From positions 93,808,001-93,872,000 of the forward strand of contig CM052816.1 in assembly GCA_028534125.1 (NCBI GenBank): a stretch of 64,000 nt of DNA. Reading direction: 5' to 3'. Below the pieces are notes generated by a model. The model saw nothing but the letters and a program-made list of their open reading frames with translations. It did no database searches and was not told the origin of the DNA. Within the stretch, counting starts at the first letter, position 1. Each line of letters opens with the position of its first letter. The translations under genes and the position numbers were made by a program. Source of the stretch: Lama glama (taxonomy: Eukaryota). Positions 53,001-64,000 of the stretch are shown here, piece by piece.

Positions 53001-55139
53001 AAAATATGAAGTTGCATGAATGTATGTTAATATTGATTAGACAGAGAGAGACAAAGAGACACAGATAGACAGCAGAGAGACACCAAATAAAGAACAAAGT
53101 ATATAATAAAAGTGGAAAATTACCAAGGTCCAGTGTAAATAATAAAAATTAAATATTCATGAAAATTAAATACACATTATAATACAGGAGTTACATTTCT
53201 GAATCTGTATTTTTCCAGAGAAATGCTCACACAGGGGCAAAGTCCTATGTACAAATCTAATCACTTAATTAGTGATTGTGCTAGTAGTCAGATGGACCTA
53301 ACAATGACCAGCAAAAGGGAGTAAATCTGTAAAAGTTTATTGATAATCATTACGATATACTATGCAACAGGCAGAAGCCAAGGTCTATAGCCACATAGTC
53401 CTGAACGTATTTTAAAAACATACCATTCAGTGAGGAATGTAAGACAGAGGATGAAATTTATATAACAACTTATCTTTTTAATAAATTAAACTGTATACAC
53501 TCAATACATAACCTTTGATATTCAAGTATATATATATGTTTACATATGCATATCTATGTCTAAGGACATGTGCATCACATATCAAGAATATATACTTTTT
53601 ATTGAAATGGGAAATAGGTGTTGAAAGCCCTCTAGGGAATGAATTAATGACTCTGAAAGTTTGATATATAAAAGGCTTTGTCAAATGGTCAAACCAATGC
53701 ATAGAATAAAATGTCCAGGCTTACATTTATTTGTTAGGAAATTCCATTTTTCAAAAACAAGGATTAAGTTTTTCTTCTTAGGAGAAAAATGGAACAGAAA
53801 AACACTCAAATTTTAGTCATGGTATTAAAAGTGGAGAAATTGTAAGTGAGACATGAAGGCAGCTAATCAGATTACCATGTTCTCAGGATAGTCCTCTCCT
53901 GCAGTCAGTGGAAGGTCTACATTTATGGGTGTTTTTAACAAAGTTGACAAAACTTTACTACCATAGAACTTTTGAAAATTGTATTATGCTAAAGTTAATT
54001 TATAATTTTCTATAAGAGGGAAAACGTTTTATATTTTCCAAATATACAGAATCCCAGACATTTTGTGTTTTTTGGTTTGTTTTTGTTTGTTTGTTTTAAA
54101 GATAATGTAGCAGAACAAGATTCCTTTGGATATACTTTGGCAAACCATGGTCTATAACAATACACTTGAATAAGTTTTGGTAGCAGGTTTAGATCTTGAA
54201 ATTTTAACTTATGTGTTAATAATTTGTTAGAAAAAATTAGCAGTCTAGGAAGGCTCTTATTTATCAAAACAACCAACATGCTGAAATGGAGTGACCATTG
54301 CTCCCCTCCACATTCATTGACTATTTTCAGTGATTGTTTTTGTCATTCACTATGGCATGAAATTTTCAGTACAATCGCTGATTTCCACTTACGTGTATCA
54401 CTCAAATATCTGCAGTTATTTTTTTGCTTTTGTATACTATATACCACAAAACCCTAGTATACCTCTTTAGTACAGAATGAACCATCCTCATTCATTGCCT
54501 TACCTAATATAATGGATTGTTAATCAAATAAATAAACATCTTAACTAAAAACTAATTAAAATATAAAAAACAATGTAAGAAATTAAATTTTATTGTAAGC
54601 AGATAAAAATAACATTTTATGTCATCATGCAGTGTTTCACTTCATCAACATAGAATATTTTTCTATCTATTTGCATATCTTCTACTCTTGAGTAAGTACT
54701 GAAAATTATTATGTCTTTCATCACATTTTTGAAATCTGCAACGTTTTTTATCTTTTCATTATGTGGAAGCCATTTTATAAAAACTGGTTATCTGGAAAGC
54801 TAATTTATTCTCTAATAGAAGTGAGAAGATGACACTATTTTACATGATTACATTTGAGTATGATATTTCAAACAATATTTTCATGTAAATGATACTTATA
54901 CATTCTTTCAAAGACTTGGGGACTCTTCAATACTCAAGTAGTTACCACAAAAAAAATTGGAATTTTTTAAAGAATTCTATGTTTTGACAAGCAACCAATT
55001 TACTTTTTTCATTTCAAAATCCTCACATTTCAGTAATAAAAAAGAGCATTTTTTGCAGATGCTTAGGGATGCTGTGGGGCACCAGCAGGTTTTTTCTCTA
55101 TAAATGTTGAACTTTGCAAGCTGTTGGGCTGGGATACTA

Positions 55140-55320
55140 GGCACAGGTGAGAGCTTTGCCTTCTGTGAGCAATAGGTGTTGGGCAAATCACTTAGTCTCT
55201 GCGACCTTACTTAGTTGTATCGTAAACCAGTAAAATAGCAATGCATGTGCCATAGACTGGTCTGAGGCTTAAAACACACAATACAAAACCAGCACTTCCC
55301 ACCAATATTTGCCTAATGAA
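55140..55320 (+). mobile_element. MIR fragment
   Basis: ttgggcaaatcacttagtctct..., aaaatagcaatgcatgtgccatagactggtctgaggcttaaa. Confidence 0.55.
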
Positions 55321-55504
55321 AGTCTCTGATATTTATATGCTATAATAACTGGTCATTTATTAATTTATATTTAATATGTCATCAAAATTATCTGATGATC
55401 ATGTACAAGTTTTATATTAGAAACTAATGTTATTACATCTGGTAATCCACTTTTGGATAAAGGGAAAACAAGAAAGGACTCAGAAAATAAATATACCATT
55501 GTTA

Positions 55505-56105
55505 TCTAATTTCCCTTTAAATTTCTCTTTGGCCTATTGGTTATTCAAGAGTGAATTGTTTAATTTCCCTTATTTGTACATTTTCTAGTTTTACTTTTAT
55601 TATTGATTTCTAGTTTCATTCCACTGTGGTCAGAAAAGATACTAAGTATGATTGCAATCTTCTTAAATGTGCTTTGTGATTTAACATGTGATCTCTCCTG
55701 GAGAATTATTCTGAGCGCGACTGAGAAGGATGTGTATTCCCCTGCTGTTAAATGGAATGCTGTTAGGTCTGTCTTGTCTACAGTGTTGTTCAAGTCTTCT
55801 GTTTCCTTATTAATTTTCTGTTTGGATGTTCCATTTATTATTGAAATTAGGGTATTGACGTCTCCTACTGTTACTGTCCTGTTGCCTAACTTTTCCTTCA
55901 GATCTGTCAGTGTTTGTTTTATATATAAAATTGTTCTATCTTCCTGATGAACTGATACTTCTATGATTATACAATGACCTTCTTTATCTCTTGTGATAGT
56001 TTTTGACTCAAGGTCTAGTTTGTCTGAAGCAAGTATGGGCATCCCTGCTCTCTTTTCGTTGTCATTGGCATGGAATATCTTTTTCCATCTCTTCACTCTC
56101 AGCTT
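55505..56105 (-). mobile_element. LINE-1 ORF2 APE-endonuclease domain fragment
   Basis: ORF 55560-56096: WKKIFHAN..EKRAG..IL.SDK...RDKEGH....VGDVNT...FSDHSGMKLEIN are L1 EN motifs, with internal deletions. Confidence 0.92.
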
Positions 56106-57099
56106 CTAAAATCATGTTTAATATAGACATTTAAAGTGTATTTGAGAACAATTCTAGTCAGTACCCGAGGGACTTGCATTTTCCTGTCAAAAACAACCCC
56201 GCATCGATGTCATACGGCAATTTGGCAGGAGGCTGTCATATTTTTCTTGACACATCCGGACAGAGACAGAAGACTTAATACAAGAGGCACACCAATCAAT
56301 GACATGTCAAAACCATCACCCCAAACAGTCACATCTGATAGCTGTAGTTTATCTTTTTTTTTTCTTGTCAATTGCTTTACAATATATTTAATGGTATATT
56401 TCTTTTTTCTTTAAAAAACACTGTTTAGCCAATTTGAGCTTAAAGAGCATAAGGTGCATTCAATAGTTCCCTGGGTCCACTCAAGGCAAATTGTGTACCA
56501 TAGTGGCTGAATGTTCTGAGTGAATTCAGGCTGTTTGGAAACCAGAATTAGACCAGTCCATTTTTGGTTTAGTTAGGAATTCATGCAAAGACTTTGACAG
56601 AGATGACTGATCATTTAAAAGTTATTCAACAAGTATCTATTGAGATATGATTACGTTTTAGACTTGTGAGTGATAAAAATATGAAAAATTCAACATACAC
56701 CTTACACAAGACAAATTATTGTAAAGAACACTGAGATTATGAAAGAGCCAGGAACAGTGACATAATTACCAGATGGTTAAACAGAAAAGGCTTCGTAAAT
56801 AGGGTATTATGATTTTTTGCGTTTTAAGAATAGAATCTATTTAAGAGCAAGAGATGTGTAAGAGCAGGAACATTAGGCAAACACATAAACTTGTAAAGGA
56901 AGGACAGATACTGCGAGCTTCTAGAACACTAGACCTGACAAGAATAGAGTCAGCCATTGAAACTTGGATTAGTGGCCCCTAAACTTAATTATATTAGATA
57001 AAAGTAAGAAAAAAAAAAGAACTATATAAATCACACTTTGTATTACATGTTCTTTAAACATTCAGTAGTTTTTCTATGGTGATAAAATATATGACAGTG

Positions 57100-57455
57100 G
57101 TTATAGATTCAATGCTGATTCATATGTTGGAAAGGACTCCCCAGTGTGATGGTGTTAGGAGGTGTGGCATTATAATTAGATGTAGATGAGGTCATGTGGA
57201 TGGAGCCCCCACAAATGGTATTAGTGCCCTTATAAAAGAGACTCTAGAGAGCTCCCTTGTCTCCTTCTGCCACATGAAGACACAGGAAAAGACAGCATAT
57301 TAAAACTCCAAGGAGGACTTTCACAAGAACCTGACTGTATTGGTGTTCTGATCTCAGGCTTATAGCCTCCAGAATTATAAGCAATACATTTCTATTGTTT
57401 CTAAGCCACTCAGTCTATGATACTGTGTTATAGCAACTCAGACAAATGAGGGCCA
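57100..57455 (+). mobile_element. MaLR solo LTR, MLT1A-like
   Basis: ccccagtgtgatggtgttaggaggtg...attagtgcccttataaaagagac...agcctccagaa...taagccactcagtctatg...gttatagca. Confidence 0.88.
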
Positions 57456-57599
57456 CAGTGATGTGTCTTCTTGAGTCCTAATATTCAAAATCAATATTAT
57501 AAATGAAAGTGGATATATAGATGCTATGCCTCCTAAGATAAATCCAAATATTATTTGAAAGTGTATATTTTCTTAACATATATTCCAATGTTTCTCAAT

Positions 57600-57703
57600 T
57601 CTTCTTTGGAGTTTCAATATGCCATCTTTTCCTGTGTCCTCACATGGCAGAAAGAAACAAGGGATCTCTCCAAATCTCTTTTATAAGGGCACTAATTCCA
57701 TTT
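57600..57703 (-). repeat. Inverted partial copy of the adjacent MLT1A (57213-57317)
   Basis: About 90/105 identity in reverse complement by manual alignment. Confidence 0.85.
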
Positions 57704-59018
57704 AAAAATAGAGCATAGAATATTGTGTATAGCGGGATAGAATATTAAATAGTAAAAATCTGAGATAAGAGAGATAACATCACACTGCAAATCAAATCAT
57801 GCATATGTACTATATTTTTCTAAGGATATTGTGGGTGTTTTGTTTGAAATTCCATTTCCACAAAAGTTTTTACTCAATAATGAATGAATAATGTTTGGCC
57901 AAAATAAGATATAATTTTCTCTAATAAACAAATGCATTCACTTGTAAATAAGGTCAAATGGAAATTCATCATATTCTATAAATTAATACCATTAAATCAA
58001 GCTGGAGCTAAGAGAAATAATTAACCTTATTAGGTGGAAATCACACCAACTCTTTTTTCTTCTGTCTTTTACTGTCATCTGTGCAAAGTTAGCAATGCCT
58101 GAATACCTTAGATATACTCTAAAAATAGTCAGTTAGATACTTTATATGTACTCCAGATCATAAGAAATTTACCTTCTGCATGCTAATATAGTCTAATCTA
58201 CTTATCAATTTTTGCATCAGCTTTTATATTTAATGTCTCTTAAAATTATGACATTATTAAAATTTTATATTTAAAAGCTGTTTTACATTTGTCAACTTAT
58301 AATCACAATCAATCCACAAGGATTTATAAACATCATTTGATCAAGTTCCAGGAATGAATAAAGTCAAAAGATTTTCATTCTATTTATCACTTCTGTCACA
58401 GAAAATATTATCTCATATGGTTCATTACACAGGCTAAGTGTTTTGTTCTGGAAGCTGCCAATTGTAGAGCCTGAGAGTATAGGATAATTCTTACTTTCAT
58501 AATTTCTCTTCTTTCATAGGTTTCTTTATTCAGTATTATATGTTCAATCACTTCCTGGTGTCCAATCGATTAGTTTAAATTAGTTATATACTCAAATATC
58601 TATTTATTGTAATGTTAAATAACTGTTTGCATTTGTCATAATTTAATAAATGTATAAAAAGAAATCTAATGTTTCTATTTTTCTTAATGGTCAAAAACTT
58701 TCATAACCCTATTCCTGTAACAATGAATCTTTAAAATGATAAAATTCCAAACTGCTTTAAGTATTCTAGCACCAAAAACTGCCAATCAAGCTACAAGTAT
58801 CTTCAAATTTTTATACTTTTAATTTTTTAATTTCCCCTTTTTATTTTTTATTAAGGTGAAGTTAACATACAATATTATATTAGTTTCAGATGTGTGCATA
58901 GTAATTTTTAGCTTATGAAATTCATGTTTTGAATTTTCTAATTCTAATAATAATACTTTTTTAGTACAGTTTCATTAAATGTATTTATGGCATCAATAAG
59001 ACATAATTATCTATTGAA

Positions 59019-59246
59019 ATCATGCAAACAGCAACCATAGGAAAGTCAGAGGGGCTATAAAAATATAGGGCACAGAAGACATTGGAACAAAAAAATGTTA
59101 CCAGATATAAAGATAGACCTGGTATGATAGAAAGGTCAGTCTGTATGTTGCAGACTTGAATGCTCCATTTTCAATATTGGATAGAAAAAATTTGCAGTAT
59201 TGCTTTGGCAATTCTGGGTCTTTTGTGATTCTATATAAAATTTAGT
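59019..59246 (-). repeat. Inverted duplicate of 47984-48210
   Basis: Manual alignment: 5 substitutions and 1 single-base indel over ~228 bp. Confidence 0.95.
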
Positions 59247-59850
59247 TTTTACTACACCAGCATAAATGAAACTGTACTTTTTCTTATTACTGCATTGCAT
59301 ATAAAAAGCCATTCTTGGCTTTTCTCATTTTTACATTATCTCAAAAGATTTTACATAATCTCAGAAGGTTATTTTTGCTACTTTCCTCTATTTTCTATTT
59401 AAAATACTCAAAAGAAATGAAGTGCATTTGAAATCATGTGTGTATGAAACTGAGGACTACATTCTAAATGGAATGTTGTATGCTTATGTATGCATTATTT
59501 GTAGTATACCTCTACAACTATATGCATGTTAAAAGAACATTATTTAATAAGTATTTGGCTTATCTAATTTGTCAAATTTATCCTGCTTCTAGAATTTGTT
59601 ATTTTATGGAACTGTATTTTACGACACCTGGTGGAATTGAATTACCTTGGAATTTATCAAGCTAACAGAAAGATTAATTGATAACTCAATCTCTTGAAGC
59701 AAGATCTTTAAAATACAGCTGAATGAAGAAAGCAGAACTAATTGAATTTTCTTGTATAATTTCGCAATTTCCTTGTAGTATAGAAAGTGGGTGAACGCTT
59801 TCCCATGCATGATGTGCAATGGATTCTGTACAAATATTGATGTTCTGTGC

Positions 59851-60073
59851 TAAAGTTTCTTAATGTTAGCATTAGTGACAACATTTGGGCCTGGATAATT
59901 CTTTGTTTGGGGGATCTGTTCTGTGCTTTGTAGAATGTTTAGTAGCATTTTTAGTATTAGGTGACTGTGGCACGCCCAAACATTTTTGTGACAACCAAAA
60001 ATGTGTCTGGATATTACTAAATGTTCCCTGGAGGGGAGCTGGGACAGAAAACAGTCCCCAGTTGAGAACCTCT
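59851..60073 (-). mobile_element. MER20 hAT-Charlie DNA transposon
   Basis: ggataattctttgtttggggg...gtagaatgtttagtagcat...gtgacaaccaaaaatgtgtct...cccagttgagaacc. Confidence 0.88.
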
Positions 60074-60679
60074 TGTCTATTGTGACGTGTATATTTATTT
60101 TGTTTAATGTTTCATCCTGATGCTGCCTTGGTCTCTGATTACCAACATCTACAAGAGAAAACCAACAAAAACTAGAAAGTAGTTCACCTGAAATATCTGA
60201 GGCAGTTTCGAGTTTGCCAGATTTAAGATTAATTGAAAGGAAAATCTCATTGCTCTTGGACCTTCATAACCAATTAGGCAAATCATGTAAAATGAAAAAA
60301 CAAAACTCAATAGTGTTAAACACTGTGAAACATATAGAAGTTATTCTGTACAGAGAGCATTCACAGAGAGAGTAAAATTATATGAAAAATTATAAAAAGT
60401 GGATAGATTGAGCCGTATACCATTTATACAAATGGGCTTATGCAATAACAAAATTGGAATTGACCTGTGGCTTGCTTTCTTTGTGCTGTCTTATCAGATT
60501 CAGATATTACTGATTTTCTTGTGTCACGAGAAGACTTTGTACATTTTTCTTCATTTTGTATGTTCCAGAACAATTTATTGGGCATTGAGCTGGGGTCTTA
60601 GGAGACCAGACTCTCCGCTATGAGCATCTTAATGAGGTGGAGGTTTTTAATAACCTTATTGTTCATTTACAGCAATTGA

Positions 60680-62000
60680 TCTCTTTGAGCTTTTTCTTCT
60701 TAATGGGTCAAATTTAGCAAATTGGATTGTATTATTTGATTTTCGTTTTCCAACTTATTTCCATAAAGATTACAAAGGATTCTTTTTTTTTTTTCGTATA
60801 TTTTACTTCAATAATTATTTCTTCTTGTCCTAACTTATTATTATTTTTTTTTACATATATACATCGTCCTCCATTTTTTACTGGTTACATTAGATGTTGG
60901 ACTATTTATTTTGTTATTTTTATCAAAAAGAAGCTATACCTTCATTGGATTCTGTTTTTTTAATCTCCTATCTCAGATATCTGGTTTTATATTTATGATT
61001 TCTATCTTTGTACGTTTTTTTTTTCTTGTTGAGATTGGATTTGAATTCATTTTCTACTCATGTATTTTCTTATTTTCATTACTGTTTATGGTTTAAAATA
61101 TGTGTTCACTTCTTCAAACATATTCCATAAATAGTGATAGGTTTGTCTTTAACATTATTTTTAACAGATTCTGTAATTTTAGTTTACATATCCTATTTCA
61201 AGCATGAGCTGTTTAATAGATTTTAAGTTTAATTTCCCATTAAAATGATCTTTTTGTTTTGTGAATTTTATTAGATGTCTAATTTTAATGCACTGTTTCT
61301 AGTATAGAGTATCTCTACTATACCATCTGGTATTTACTCATGGTCTCTTTATAACCTTATATGTAAGTAATTTTGTGAGTGTTCAAAGTACATGTGAATA
61401 GAAGGCATATTATTCTGTATTACTGAGTGTATCATTTGGCATATGTATCTACTATCCACCTTATCAAAATGTAGTTAGGTATTCTCTATTTATATTTATT
61501 AATTTTATTTGTTTTATGCCAATAAAGCTGACTTAACACCTTGCATTCTTTTTTAATTTGTATTATTGTATTTCCATATACAGCTCCTCACAATTACTGA
61601 AGGTTCTGATTTTTCGAGTAGCTCTTATCTGATGCTTGCATATTCCTGTTAATAGCTTTATTTTAAATTTTGGTTTTAACATTAAAACATGTCTTTCCTT
61701 GGCTCCTTCAGTGATTTTTGGCTTCCATCATAATTTGTTTGAAATGAAGATCACAAATCCTGCTTTTCTTTCCTTTTGACCTCCCTTCCGTGTTTTGACC
61801 AGGCTTTATTTTTAGACATTCGAATTATCTTGTGTTACGTTTGTGCTTCACGTGCAGCATACGCTTAGGTCTTTCTCCGTCAGTGAAATTGAAGATATAT
61901 TTTAAATAGTCAGTTAATGTTACTTGCATTGATTGGCAAAATCAGTTTGATGTCTGCTCTGCCTTATTATTCTGTGTATATTATGTTTGTTGTACTTCAT
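60680..62000 (-). mobile_element. Very degenerate L1M ORF2 5' fragment
   Basis: T-rich; tctaattttaatgcactgt, gaaatgaagatcacaaatcctgctttt resemble an antisense EN region. Confidence 0.45.
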
Positions 62001-63067
62001 TATGTGATGTGTTTTCTTTGCTCTTTATAGATGGTTTTGGAAGTTAAGATGGTCATAGTTTTGTTTACCTTTGAGTTTACACTCTTCTGATGCCCTTGTG
62101 CTTCTATTTCCTTGTTTAATCTTTTGTTACCACTGTGTCAGAAGTAAATGTGCCTTTACTCCCACCTACTGCCTACACAATTAACGTGTTTATTCTCCTT
62201 CCACCTATATTCCACTTTGCTCTTCTCCCATTGCTCTAGTTGCTTTATTTCTATTGTAACAGTACGTAAAACACTCGTGTGTTATTTTTCTGCCTTCTTC
62301 TCTGCTATATTTGAGTCTTCAATGTGCAGTAGAGTGCACGTACTGCTCACCCTCCACCTTCTGCCCACATCTTGTCCTTCTGGATCATGAACTTCCCTCT
62401 CCAGCTTTCTTTTTCCTTTCATCATCTGGTTTCAGAGCTCACCTCCAGCTTCCTTTATATCCGCTCTCCTTCAGAAGCACTGCCCTCCCAAGCCTGCCTC
62501 ACCGATGTCCATGGATCAGTATGCTTTCTCTTCTCCATCTGCCTTTGTTGTTGTTGTTTTAAATTTGTTGATTTTGTTTTTTGTTTGTTTTTGTTTTGTT
62601 TTGCTTTCCCAGCTTGCCACGTACCCTCATGTTTTCTCTGCTAGAAATAGTTATTTTTAACTTATCAGTTTATTAAAGTTTTTAAGATTCCATATCTTCT
62701 AGTTTTGCTGAAGGCATAACTTTTTATATAGTTTAGTATGATGCATAAAACGTTTTGGAAGATTTTGTAAAGATTTAGGGAGATTTTCATCATTTGGTTG
62801 CCACCACTAATTTGGCTATAAAAATATGCCATAATATCATCTTGTAAGTGGAGTACATGTTTTGTTTCTGTCAAATGTATTACTTAAACAAGCTAACTTC
62901 TTTGGTGAATAGTGTATAACCTTTTGCTGCCTCTCCAGAATCAACTCTTTCCCTTCCCTTTTTTCCCTCCAGACAGAGCTCTGGTTTATTCAAATATTCA
63001 CTCTTTTCCCGTGTGCTACACGAGTTCTAACATAACATGACTCCACATCCATTTCCAGGACTAAGTT

Positions 63068-63970
63068 TTTTGTTTTGTTTTATTTGACTTCCAGTCTATT
63101 TGCAATGTTATGTTAGTTTCTGGTGTCCGGCATAGTGATTCAGACATAGATATATAGATATCTAGATATATAGATATCTAGATATATATATATCTCTTCA
63201 TTTTCCTATTCTTTTTCATTATAAATTATTACAGGATATTGGATACAGTTCCTTGTGCTATATAGTATAACCTTATTGTTTATTTGCTTTGTATATAATA
63301 GTGTGTACCTGCAATCCGAAACTCCCAATTGATCCATCCCCCACCCGATAACCATAAGTTTGTTTTCTGTGTCTGTGAGTCTGTTTCTGTTTTGTAAATA
63401 AGTTCATTTGTGTCATATTTCAGATTTCCCATATAAGTGATATTATATGGTATTTTTCTTTCTCTTTCTGGCTTACTTCACTTAGAATAACAATCTCTAG
63501 ATCCATCTACGTTGATGCAAACGGCAATATTTCATTCTTTTTTATGACTGAGTAGTATTCCATTGTATAAATATACCACATCTTCTTTATCCAGTCATCT
63601 GTTGATGGACATTTAGGTTGTTTCCATGTCTTGGCTATTGTAAATAGTGCTGCTAAGAACTCTGGGGTGACTGTATCTTTTCAAATTAGAGTTTCCTCTG
63701 GATATATGCCCAGGAGTGAATTTGCTGGATCATATGGTAAGTCTATTTTTAGTTTTTTCTTGTTTTGTTTTTTTTTTGCTTTTTTTTTTTAAGGGATCTC
63801 CATACCATTTTCCACAGTGTCTGCACCAAATTACATCCCCACCAACAGTGTAGGAGGGATCCTTTGTCGCCACACTCGCTCCAGTATTTGTCATTTGTGG
63901 GCTTTTTAATGATGGCCGTTCTAATCAGTGTGAGGTGATACTTCATTATCAGAAAAATACAAATCAAAAC
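63068..63970 (-). mobile_element. Young camelid L1, 5'-truncated with short 5' inversion (twin priming)
   Basis: Antisense 3' UTR and ORF2 C-terminus; inverted piece attatcagaaaaatacaaatcaaaac at about 63945-63970; TSD tcc(a/t)ggactaagtt at 63054-63067 and 63971-63984. Confidence 0.92.
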
Positions 63971-64000
63971 TCCTGGACTAAGTTGTGATAAAATGCATCA

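Noticed and set aside
55560..56096. 178-aa endonuclease-like ORF as a domesticated gene
   Set aside because: Ordinary L1 ORF2 EN remnant with internal deletions, altered motifs (GDVNT; the NIYAPN and RIDH segments are lost or shifted) and no evident promoter.
48211..59018. 11-kb inversion or DNA transposon bounded by the 228-bp inverted repeats
   Set aside because: The left copy is continuous with its host L1 fragments on both sides, and there is no TSD or transposase; a one-way copy explains it better.
1..64000. CRISPR array, operon or other prokaryote-type system
   Set aside because: The sequence is mammalian repeat-rich non-coding DNA, with no regularly spaced repeats or gene-dense ORFs.

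Overview
This is AT-rich, CpG-poor mammalian genomic DNA, most likely a camelid (alpaca, llama or camel), judged from Vic-1-type tRNA-derived SINEs and the young LINE-1 3' ends. I recognise no host protein-coding gene, functional RNA gene or CpG island. The ORFs I can identify are LINE-1 ORF2 remnants, and the rest look like chance ORFs. The window reads as intergenic or deep-intronic sequence built from old L1M/L2/MIR fragments, MaLR (MLT1) LTRs, ERV solo LTRs, hAT MITEs and younger L1/SINE insertions. Subfamily names were assigned by eye from remembered consensus sequences and boundaries of old elements are approximate. I find no evidence of a new biological system. The most notable items are rearrangement and retrotransposition scars: (1) a ~228-bp, ~97% identical inverted copy of a chimeric L1/L1 junction 11 kb from its source; (2) a ~105-bp local inverted copy of part of an MLT1A; (3) two independent 5'-inverted L1s breaking at almost the same L1 position; (4) a probable L1 3' transduction; (5) a 58-bp L1 tail with a perfect 16-bp TSD; (6) a head-to-head ERV LTR pair. 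There is also a TGACA-rich candidate enhancer and two weak minus-strand exon candidates.
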